Source of the DNA: Isurus oxyrinchus
Lineage: Eukaryota
Direction of reading: 5' to 3'
Assembly: GCA_026770705.1 (NCBI GenBank)
Contig: JANJGN010000095.1
Coordinates: 1,736,001-1,800,000 of the forward strand
Length of the DNA: 64,000 nucleotides
The first letter of the stretch is position 1; every line of letters starts with the position of its first letter. The position numbers and the translations under genes were made by a program. This document shows, in pieces, positions 51,901-62,258 of this stretch. The notes beneath the pieces were generated by a model. The model did not search any database, had not been told where the DNA came from, and saw nothing but the letters and a program-made list of their open reading frames with translations.

Positions 51901-53805
51901 TATTGATAGAATTAATCCGCACTCACATCAATGGTAAAACATTGCAGGGTTACATGAAGTGGCAGTGGGTGAATTGTTCCTTTAGAGGGCCAGCACAGAT
52001 TGGACTGCCCGAATAGCCCCTTTCTGTGATGTAGCCATTGTATGATTCTTACGGAAAATTCTGGAAGAACTCAGTAGCTCTGGCAGTTTCGATGCTTTGA
52101 TAGTGGATCTATCCTTTAAACCTTCTGTCAACCAGAATTCCTTTCTGCACAGATGCTGCCGGACCTGCTGAATTTTTCTAGAATCTTCTCTTATTATTTG
52201 AGGTTCCCAGTGCGAGCAGTATCTCACTTTCTGAACAATAAAACAATCCCTGTACAGGAATCAATATTCAAATAAGAAATGGGAAGCTGCAGAGTGAAAA
52301 GAGAATGGGTGAATTTTACGATTCTATCCTGGCTCCACACTATGGATCAGGGAAAACCTTCATTATCAGCAGAAATGAACAAACCTGAGATACATATTAA
52401 AAGGAAAATAATTGGAGGTCGGAAATCTTGTTCTTTGCATTAAACCTGGCCGTGTTTTCAGAGAAAAAACCTCACCGCAGATATTCAAACTCAACACCGA
52501 GCTTGGGATTTCAAGTTGATAGTTTTAGAAACCAACTAACTGTGATGGCTGGGAAGCGAACCCGATTCAAATGCTTGGAAAGAAATTATATTCACCACTG
52601 TACCACTTTCGCTTTGCACCATGATGCAACGATAGTAAAATGCCTCAAGTCTCTTCACAAGAGCGTTATTATTATAAGTAAAAGAAAGTTGATGCTGAGC
52701 CACAGCAGGATATATTCGGTCAGATGGCAAAAAAATTGGTGAAAGCGGAAGCTTTTAAACAGAATCTAAAGAGCAGAGTGAGCTAGAGAAGTGGAGATGT
52801 TTAGGAAGAGATACAGAGTTTCAGACCAGGTCAGCTGAAAGCATGGTTGTCAATGCTGTAGAGATTAAAATCCCATCAATACTTGCCCTTGAGAAGGTGG
52901 TATGAGCTGCCTTGTTCATTCCACGTGGTGTAGGTACACCCACAGTGCTGTTAGTGGTGGGGTGGGGAGACGTTTTAGGGTGTTGATCCAGGGGCAGTAT
53001 AAGAACGGCAAAATATTTCCAAGTCAAAATGGTGTGAGGGTTGGAGCAGTACTTCCAAGTACCGGTGTTCCCGTGCATCTGCTGCTCTTGTTCTTCTAGA
53101 TGTTCGCTTTAGTGGGAATGGAATTTGCTGTTCAAGGAGCCTTGGTGAGTTCCTACAGTGCATCTTCTGGATGATGCACACTGCTGCTACTGTACGCTCA
53201 TGTTGGAAGGATATTGGGTGGATGGGCTGCAAGCCAAGTTGGTTAACTTGCCCTTGATGGTGTGAAGCCTCTGGAGGGTCGTCGTGGCACTCATCCAGGC
53301 CAGTGGAGAGTATTGCATCACAATCTTGACTTGTGCAATGTAGATGGTGGACGGTCTTTGGGGAGTCATCAGTTCAATTACTCGCCTCAGTGTTCCTCGC
53401 CTCTAACTTGCTCTTGCAACCAGTGCATTTGTATGGCTAGTCCAGTTCAGCTTCTAGTCAATGGTATCCCAGTATTTTGATACTGAGAGATTCACTAATG
53501 ACAATGCCATTGGAATCAATGAGCAATGGCTATATTGTCTCTTGTTGGAGCTGGGCATTGCCCGGTGCTTGAGTGGCTCGAATGAAGCTTGCCACTTGTC
53601 AACCCAAGCCTGGATAATGTCCAGCTTTTGATGCATTTGGACGTGGAATACTTCAATATGTGACGATTTGAGAATGGTGCTGAACATTGTGCCATCATCA
53701 CTGACATCCACACTCCTGAACTTATGATGGAGGGAACGTCATTTGATGAAGCAACTGAAGATGCTTAGGCCGAGAACACTAACCTGAGGAACTCCAGCGT
53801 CTTCT

Positions 53806-54980
53806 GGTCAGGGCTGATGGAGCGATGCACTGTCAGTGGTTAAGGAATGGGGGGAGCGCTGCACTGTACGAGGGTGCCACTGATTGATCGCTGCACTGTC
53901 AGAGGTTTAGGCATGAGGGAGCTCTGTTTTGTCAGAAGGTCATGAATCCGGGAGTGCTGCACAGTCAGAGGGTCAGGACTGAGTGGACACTGCACTGTCA
54001 AAGTATGAGGGCTGAGGGAGCGCAGCATTGTTGGAGGGTCAGGACTGCGAGGACACTGCACTGTCAAAGGATTAGGCATGAGGCAACGCTGCATTGTTCG
54101 AGGGTCACGATGAGGGAACACTGCACTGTCTAAAGGTTAGACATGAGAAAACGCTGCATTGTTAGATGGTCAGAACTGAGGGAGCACTGCGCAGTCAAAG
54201 GGTCAGGGCTGAGGGAGCGCTGTATTGTTGGAGGGTCAGGACTGAGGGAACACTGCACTATAAATGTGTCAGGGCTGAGGAAGCGGCGCATTGGCAATTG
54301 TCACGGCTGAGGGTGTGCTGTACTGTCGGAGGGGCAAGACTGAGGAACCACTTCTTTGTCAGAGGGTGCGGATTGTGGGAGTGCTGAACTGTCATATGGT
54401 GGTAGCTCTGCAGTGTCAGAGTGGCAGAACGAAGGAACACCCGACTGACCAGCATCAGGACTGAGGGAGCACTTCACTCTCAAAGCTTCAGTGCTGAGAG
54501 TGCGTTGCACTGTCAGACGGTTTGGTCTGAGAGAACGCTGCACAGATAGATGGTGAGGATTGAGAGAACGCTGCACTGTCATAGGGTCAAGACTGAGGGA
54601 GAGCTGTACTTTTGGAGGATCAGAGCTGAGGCTGTTGCACGATTAGATTCAAACGAATGAAGGAGCAATGCTCAGTCAGTGGGAGAGGACTTAGGGACCG
54701 CTGCACTGTCAGAGGGTCAGGACTGATGGAGCGTTGCACTGTCAGAGAGTTAGGACTGATCGAGCGCTGCACTGTCAGAGGGTTAGGCATGAGGGAACGC
54801 TGCACTGTCAGGGGGTCAGGAATAAGGGAGCGATATGCTTTCAGATGGTCAAAACAGAGGGAGAGCTGCACTCTCAGTGGGTCAGAAATGAGGGAGTGCT
54901 TCACTGTCAAGATTTTCTTGAATGGGGGAGATATGCACAACCAGTGGGTAAGGACTGTGAGGGCTGCATTGTCAGAGGGG
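53806..54980. repeat. 33-bp minisatellite, about 35 diverged units
   Basis: Consensus is approximately gcactgtcagagggtcaggactgagggagcgct. It explains the repetitive ORFs (PLTVQRSLSPD) on both strands. Confidence 0.95.
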
Positions 54981-55110
54981 AGCTGACCCTGGACCGAGCT
55001 CTCAAACTGACCCTATTCCACTCTTTAATAATCCCACTCCGAACTGGAACACAGCTGGCAACTTTTGATAATAAGAGGATTAGCCAGTGAACATTTCAGA
55101 AACTAAATTC

Positions 55111-55142
55111 AGACAGAGAGAGAGAGAGTAAGACAGAGAGAC

Positions 55143-55173
<31 letters not shown>

Positions 55174-55192
55174 TAGAGCAAGGGAGAGAGAG
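55111..55192. repeat. Imperfect (GA)n microsatellite
   Basis: Direct inspection. Confidence 0.95.
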
Positions 55193-55744
55193 TAGGGCCT
55201 AAATAGAGCAACTGGAAAGAAGCTGAAAGCCTTGCTGGAGTGCAAGCTGACTACATCAAATCCATTGCTCTCATCTACAGACCTCAACAGGAGGGATATT
55301 CGTGGAGAGTGAGCCACTGAAAGGAAATCAATGCACGGTCAATTGATAGCGGAACTGTTCGGTGGAAGTGGATGAGCAAGGGACTAGACTTTGCTGTAAG
55401 AAATTTGCTATTCTAGTTGATAGAACCCCGCCTCCCCTACAAATGTGGCAGAGCGTATTCTCTCGATTCATCCTTGTGATGGAATATGTAATTTAAAAGC
55501 TTGCTTTATGTTTTGAGGCAGATCCAAACTGAAAATGGAAACAGGGGACGGAAATTGACCCTCACAGTTTCTAAGGAGGCAAAAGCTGAATCTGAAGTTT
55601 GTAAACCAAACCTTCTGTGCAGACTGAAACTTGTTGCACCGATGTAAAGGGATGCAGAGGCATCCAGGTTCGAAAGTGGAAGCTGATCAGTCACATGGTG
55701 CAACCAGGGCAAGCTGAAGGAGACAGAGGCCCAACTCCTAAGCT

Positions 55745-56790
55745 GACTATAAGATGCTACATCTTTTTATTTACACACATAGAGCGCAGAAGCGAAATGG
55801 AACTTACTTCGAGACACCATCTCCAATGACGCACTCTACACATATGCGAAGCAAAAGCGGGAAAGCACTGATTGATTCGAGGCTAACATGATGGCCGAAC
55901 CTGCCATTGAAGCCAAGTGGTCCACTCATTATTTACAGCAAAGATCGGAATAACAAAACTTTGAATGCCGTAGGAGCCATTTGAGGTAAAAGTCCAACAT
56001 GTTGCAAGGCGGTGCATCAATGACTACTGGCTACAAAACTGCCAGAACTTTGAGATGTCCTTCCACACAGGGGTGTCGGTGTTGGGAAGTGTGCGGGTGT
56101 GGTGTGGGTGGGGGTGGGGTTGGGGTTGGATTAAGCAATCAAATGCAACAGATTCATCAGCAAAACAAAAATAACACAAATGAAACCAGTGGAAGCCATC
56201 ACTGCCTGCAGTAAATATGGACAGGTTTTGGAACTCCTCCTTGAGGGGCATGTTAGCGTTAACATTGTTACCCAGGAAGATCTAGACTCCATAGAAAGCC
56301 TGCCTGCCTTAGCAGAGCTGGATGTCGAAGCCACAGTGAAGGGGCTTATCAAACATACTCAGTCACTTGCTATGGGCAAAGCTCCAGATGTTGACACTAG
56401 CATGCCTGAACACAACAAACAGGAAACTGGAATTCCTGCTGCACAAAGTTCTCTGTCTCTGCTGGAGGGAGGGGGCAGTGGCCAAGGAAATGCACAATGC
56501 AAATATTGTGAGGCTGCACAATAACAAGGGCGGCCACAGTGATTGCAACAACTATCCAGGCATTGCCTTGCTCGGTATCAGGGGAAATTTATTTGCACAT
56601 ACTGCCCTTGGCAGACTGCAGATCTTCGGAGAACGCATCTCGTCCGAATCCAAGTGTGGTTTCATTACTGAAAGATTTACAATTGACATCACCTTCTCAG
56701 CCCGGAAGCTGCAAGTAAAATGATGGGAATTAAGCAGACCACAATATCTTGCCTTCACCGATCTCACCAAAACATTCGTCCATGTGAGTG
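55745..56790 (+). mobile_element. RTE-clade LINE internal fragment
   Basis: LCLCWREGAVAKEMHNANIVRLHNNKGGHSDCNNYPGIALL...ESKCGF...TIDITFSARKLQ, then LAFTDLTK: RTE-type RT N-terminal motifs. Confidence 0.85.
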
Positions 56791-57389
56791 AAGCAGACTA
56801 TTTGTTTGTTTACTATATACATTACAACTCTCATTGGCCTTTGTACCATGAAACATTTGTGTCCTGCCCACCATCCTCACAGACCAGTCCCTTTGTAATT
56901 CCCAATTGTTACATTTATGCCTGTCTTCAGTTTTGAAGAATATTGATCGGCTGAGCAGTTGGCTCTGTTTTTTTCCACAGATGGCCCTGACATTAGGAGA
57001 AATTCCAACATTCTCAGTCCATTTCAGTTTTCCAACGTGCTCACTATTTTGTTTCTCTATGTGGCAGGATGGAGGAAACAAATTCAGGTGGAATAAAAGA
57101 GAACTGATTCACAGGATGATGGGGAAAAGCTGAATTGTGGGACAAAACTGGCAACCCTTTCCAAGATTCGATACAGGCTCAAGGGGCAGAAATTTCCTCT
57201 TCTGAATGGTAGCGTTTTATGATTTGACGAGTTTAATTTCCACATGAACTGGGGGATTGAGAAACGGTCGAAGTTGTGAAGGTGATGGAACAATGATCTC
57301 GGACAATTACCTGATGTTCTGTACCAACCAGTTTATGGACACAAGAAGGCAGCATTTTTCCAGCTGTGTTTAGAGAAATCTGGAAGATT

Positions 57390-57495
57390 TGTTGGGCTGG
57401 AGGAGGTTCCAGAGAAAGGGAAGGGTGAGGTCATGGAGGGATTTGAATGTAAGGATTAGAAATTTAAAGTTGGGATACTGACAAGCCAGGCGCCA

Positions 57496-57538
<43 letters not shown>

Positions 57539-57750
57539 CAGCAAACATCGTTTGATTAGGGAACTGAACTTGATTCTGGTAAAGTTTTGAGCAGCAGAAT
57601 TTTGGATGAGCACAACCATTTGTAGGGTGGAAGATGGGAGGCTGGCAAGGGGAACACTGGGATAGTCAAGTCTCGGAGATGAGGGTTTCAGCAGCTGTTG
57701 AACTGAGTGAGGGTCGGAGTTAGGCAATGTTTCGGATGTGGAATAATAGT
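57390..57750 (-). mobile_element. L2 LINE fragment containing a G42 homopolymer (57496-57537)
   Basis: ORF RLDYPSVPLASLPSSTLQMVVLIQNSAA is the L2 ORF2 C-terminal motif. Confidence 0.75.
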
Positions 57751-58046
57751 GTATTCAGCTGATAACATACTGTCATCTTACCAATATCATGTAGTTTAAT
57801 CAGGCATATTGGGTGTGAAATGAAGACAGTGTCAGTCATTATTGTCCAATGTATCTTTGGAAAAGGACTCTATCCAATTTAGTTCTGTTGGAGAGTCATA
57901 TTCTACTCAAAGCATGAACTCTGTTTTTTCTTACCACAGATATTGTCAGAGGAGATTGCAGAATTTTCTGGTTTTGAGCAGAATCAGCAGCGTTTGTTTT
58001 TAAATACTACTTTCAATTTTGTGACTCGTTCAAGTATAGCAAATCT

Positions 58047-58119
58047 TCCTACTTTCGCGAAATGAACTTCCATCTTCCATGTGGTAGGCGGGAGATACTA
58101 ACCGCTAGACCATCGAGGA
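58047..58119 (-). pseudogene. Decayed tRNA-Asp-like relic
   Basis: Reverse complement tcctcgatggtctagcggttagtatctcccgcctaccacatggaagatggaagttcatttcgcg. Confidence 0.6.
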
Positions 58120-58682
58120 CGACCTTGACGCCGTGACCCGAATAATTATGGGATAATTCAATTTATATAATTCAACAGGTCTGTCAATATGTGCTTTAAT
58201 ATGCAATATAAATTCCAGAAAAGACAGTCAGTCCACTTAGAGAAGGGTTCTAGGGGTTAATTCCTGGTAGGATTGGGCTACCCTCACATTTTCAGCTGGA
58301 TTTTTTAATGCCTGGAGTGAAAAGTGGATTTATCTACTCCGTTTGGTACTTAAAACATTCCTTGTTGATTTAATTTTTAGTTTCCTTGTTTATTACGCGT
58401 GTCACCACGGTTCAATTCCCTAATGGGCAATGACTTCATTCAAATTAAAAAATAGAATACATGGAATTGGATATGGTGTTTAGAATTGGAAATTGTTTGA
58501 TATGTAGGAGACGGTGAGCACGAATAAAGATTATATGTCAGGAACAGCAGTTTTGTTTCCGAGATCCTTGGCGCTATGTGCATTGCACATTTGTTGCCAA
58601 TGGTTGAATAAAAAACAGGTACCAACAGGGAACAGTTCAGTTTCAAAATCCAGAGTGATACTGTGTACTTAGGTCGCAGTCA

Positions 58683-58754
58683 GCGATGGTGGTGCAGTGG
58701 TGAGCATAGCTGCTTCCCCGGTACTTAACGTGGGTTCGTTAGACGTCCATCACA
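58683..58754 (+). pseudogene. tRNA-Gly(TCC)-type pseudogene
   Basis: 72 nt, gcgatggtggtgcagtggtgagcatagctgcttccccggtacttaacgtgggttcgttagacgtccatcaca, colinear with tRNA-Gly GCGTTGGTGGTATAGTGGTGAGCATAGCTGCCTTCCAAGC... Confidence 0.8.
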
Positions 58755-59617
58755 ATCTTTCACCTTCAGACCCGTCAGCAATTGATCGGCTTTTAAGAGT
58801 TAAACAGCGCAGAAACAGGCCCTTCGTACCCTTGCAGGTCATTTAAGTTCGATCAATTCTAATCCCATTTTCCAGCACTTAGTCCGTGGGAATGGCCCAT
58901 TAATTTACATCGGTATTCTTTGGCGTTTCAAACGTTCATCATAATATCCCTTAACTTTCAAATGTACGCGGGCATAATTCAAATAAAAATATGCTCCCGT
59001 TTTGTTTATAATTTTACTAACATTTGAACCTCGTTGATTTATAACTAAGATTTTCCATGAAATGCAGTGTGAAATCGGAATGGAATTACTGGGGCTAAAA
59101 AAAAAATAATAGTGCTGGAAAAACTAAGCAGGTTTGGCAGCTTCTGTGGAAAAAAAACGAAAAGTTAACATTTCGAGCCCAGTATGACTCTTCTTCGGAA
59201 CAAGGGAGAAGTAGAAATGTGATGGGTTTTATGCTATTTAGTAAAATGGAGTGGGGTACGTTTAGCAGAATAGATCTGGTTTCGATTGAATTCAGAAAAC
59301 TGTGAATGAAAGCCACTTCACACCGTCTTGTTAAATGTTTGTCGTGATGATTATGTAAAATACAAACTAAAAGCAGATTTTATTTTATTGAAGCCGTTGG
59401 TTCCAACAGGTGTTGAAATTGTCGAAATAAAGATCAGCCAAGGTGAACGCTTGTTTTCCATGTGGCATTTCATGGTCAGAGTTAGGTTTTAACCTGGCTG
59501 GGCCTAGCTAATCCCTTCTCGGGGTGTTCCTGACAGTGTTTAAAAAGGCAAGCGTTCAACAGACACGGTTTTAACAGTTCCTGTGTTACAGATTGTGCTG
59601 ACAACTCTTCAGAAAAT

Positions 59618-60159
59618 CCATGTTGATAACTTAAATACCCTTGCACTGCCTGACTGTCTGTAATGACCATATTGAATTGATTGGAATAATGATTGATTGA
59701 ATTGAAGCACCTCCTGATAGATGTGTAAAAAGTTGAATCTGACTGCACGTTTTGTGATGGCGATTAAGGATTGTTTTGCAATGTTCTTTCGGATATTTTA
59801 AAATTAAAATATTTTTTTCAAAAAAAAGCTGTTCTCAACAAGGGACTGGAAAAGGTACAGACCCCTTGAGCTGACGGCTCACCAAGAATGCATGCATTGT
59901 CAGTTATTGTATTGTAATTGTATTAACGCACCTCAGAGTGCAACATGATGTATATTGATAACTCCAATATCATTGCACTGCCTGACTGTCTGTAATCACC
60001 ATGTTGAAATGAGTGTAATGTTCATTGGTTGTATTGAAGCACCAGGTGAACCATGTGTAAAAGTGGAGTCTGATTGCACTTTTTTCATTGCGATTTAGAA
60101 ATGTTTTGTAATGTTCTTCCAGATATTGTATGAATAAGGTATGTATTTCAATTAAAAAA
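59618..60159 (+). mobile_element. Two tandem 5'-truncated poly(A)-tailed retroelement 3' ends inserted at the H3 start
   Basis: 59618-59827 and about 59950-60160 are direct repeats, each ending in an A-run. The whole insert is flanked by aactcttcagaaaat (59603-59617) and aactcttcaggaaat (60160-60174). Confidence 0.75.
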
Positions 60160-60172
60160 AACTCTTCAGGAA

Positions 60173-60606
60173 ATTGCCAGCGCCAAGCAGACAAATCAGC
60201 CCGTGGGAAAGCACCGCGCAAACAGCTCCCCCGCCGGAAGAGCGCTCCACACACTGGCCGAGTGAAGAAACCTCATCGCTGCAGAGCCGGCAGTGTGGCT
60301 CTGAGGGAGATCCACCGCGAGCAGAAATCCGCCCGAGGTGTTCATCCGCAACTGCCCTTCGAGCGCCTGGTGCGGGAGATCGCTCAGGACTTCAAGGCAG
60401 ACCTGAGCTTCCAGAGCTCGGCCAACATGAACCTGCTGGAGGCCAGCGAGTCTGACCTGGGGTGGGGCTCATTGAGGACATCAAACTGTACCATCCAAGT
60501 AAGTCATCATCATGCCCAAAGACAACCAGCTGGCCCGCCGCAACTGCAGGGAGCGAGTCTAAACCCCGGCTTCAACACCAAGTGTAACAGCTTTTCAGAG
60601 CCACCA
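60173..60606 (+). pseudogene. Replication-dependent histone H3 (H3.2-type) pseudogene
   Basis: [23 protein letters not shown]...[33 protein letters not shown]. Start codon is ATT, with deletions and frameshifts, TAA at 60560-60562, and a partial stem-loop cttttcagagccacc. Confidence 0.92.
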
Positions 60607-61526
60607 AATGGAAAAAGGGAACAGGTGTGAACTTTCACGGCTGAGACCAACATTTCGTCGCCCCCTAAGTGATCTTTACAGCTGAGTTATTTTAATAACC
60701 ACCAATGGTTTGTTGGACCATTTCAGGGGGCAGTGAAGGGCACTGTGCCTGGAGACACATGTCGACCAATCCATGATGAGGATGACAGATCTGTAACCAA
60801 TGACCTGTGTCTGATTCCGGTGATGCGGCCAATCTTTAATTAATGGAGCGTGAGTCTGATATCTGACCTAGAATTCTAAAACAGCATCTTCCGTACATGA
60901 CAGGCCTCAGATGACAGGTTTTCTTAAATTAATGAATAATGTTGCTGATTTACAAAGAATTGTTGTTTTCAAACACTATTTTTAGGAGCGGATATGTGTG
61001 AGCAGAAGGTGTAGGGAAATAAATGCGGATAAACTGAAAAAAGGGCCGGGGTTTGAGTTATTCGCCCAGTCCATGAAAGCGTCTGACGCCGGTATACTGG
61101 GCAAACTAAGGCACAGACGTGGCCTAACCCGCGGACGTAACCAGCATTGTCTGACTTTAATACTGGTTAACCTGGCCGCTATAATTCAATTGCTCTGGAG
61201 AATTGAACAATGTTTCTGATCTCTTGGAAATCACAACGCGCCTTTTACTTATTGTATTCAGTGTTTACATTTCAGGGTTTTGTATCATTTTAAACAATTC
61301 AACTTGAACAGGATGCAGTGCTAACAGGTGAATCTCACACATGGAAACAGATTAATCTCACAGTTATAACGAGGAACTACGACAGTAATGACCGTCAGTA
61401 AATACCTAATCACGGCCTCAAATATCGGACTGTATTTCCCAACCCATTCCACTCTGCTCATTTTTGGTATCATTAAATGAGTGCATATTTCAGACAGTAA
61501 CCAACCCTTTCACAGAGACTGTGGGT

Positions 61527-61542
61527 GGCTCTGAAAGGAGCC
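61527..61542 (-). promoter_or_regulatory. Histone mRNA 3' stem-loop of the H2A pseudogene
   Basis: Minus strand aaaGGCTCCTTTCAGAGCCacccac, one mismatch from consensus, followed by purine-rich gaaaggg. Confidence 0.85.
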
Positions 61543-61574
61543 TTTGGATTTTTTCAGGTAAAAGTATTCCCATT

Positions 61575-61965
61575 TCAGTTGCTCTTGCAGCTCACAGCGC
61601 TGCTATTCCTGGGCAGCAGCCCGGCCTGGATATTAGGCAGCGCCCCCGTCCTGAGCGATGGTGACACTCCCCAGCAGCTTGTTGAGTTCCTGATGGTTGA
61701 GGAAGGGCAGCTGCAGTACTCCGGGGATGTTGCGTCTCTTCTTATTGTCCGGGGGACGCGTTACCGGCCAGCCCCAGGATTTTAGTGGTCAGATACTCGA
61801 GCACAGCAGCCAGATTGATCGGGGCTCCGGCACCCACACGCTCAGCATTGTTCCCATTTCACAGGAAACAGTGAACTTGGCCACAACAAACTGTAGTCCG
61901 GCCCGGGGTGAGTAGACTTGGTCTTGGCCCGAGCTTTTCCTCTAATACTTCCCGTTCCGAAATTT
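61575..61965 (-). pseudogene. Histone H2A pseudogene, convergent with H3
   Basis: Minus strand GKARAKTKS...RAGLQF...[20 protein letters not shown]...[15 protein letters not shown]...ELNKLLG...[15 protein letters not shown] with frameshifts and a lost ATG. Confidence 0.92.
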
Positions 61966-62258
61966 TCCAGTGCCAGACTTTTACAGGGAATAACAAGATT
62001 ATTCAGCATTTACTTTTCTTATTGACCGAGAACTGTTCTGATTGATCGTTCTTTAGTACACATCATTTGCCTATATTTTCCTCCAATCTGATAACTGAAA
62101 CAGAATAGGTGTAGGAATGAGAGGTTTAAAGTAGGAGAGTTTTAAAATCTTCAGTGTTCTGAAGAAGAGTCATTCGGACTAGAATCGTTAAATATGTCTT
62201 TCTCTCCACAGATGCTGTCCGGCCTGCTGTGTTTTTCCAGCATTTTTTTTGTTTCAAA

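Larger units (their letters stand above)
46398..53797. repeat. Segmental duplication block Y, copy 3
   Basis: Colinear with 1505-8690. It includes the H3.3 retrocopy, the 46-bp repeat (about 51770-51930) and the CR1-group LINE (52860-53797). Confidence 0.85.

Noticed and set aside
53840-55090. Repeat-protein ORFs (PLTVQRSL / ERCTVRG)
   Set aside because: By-product of the 33-bp minisatellite. They are open on both strands with frequent stops.
60130-60630. 166-aa ORF as a novel H3 variant
   Set aside because: The N-terminus comes from the inserted retroelement tail and the C-terminus is frameshifted, so it is a pseudogene.
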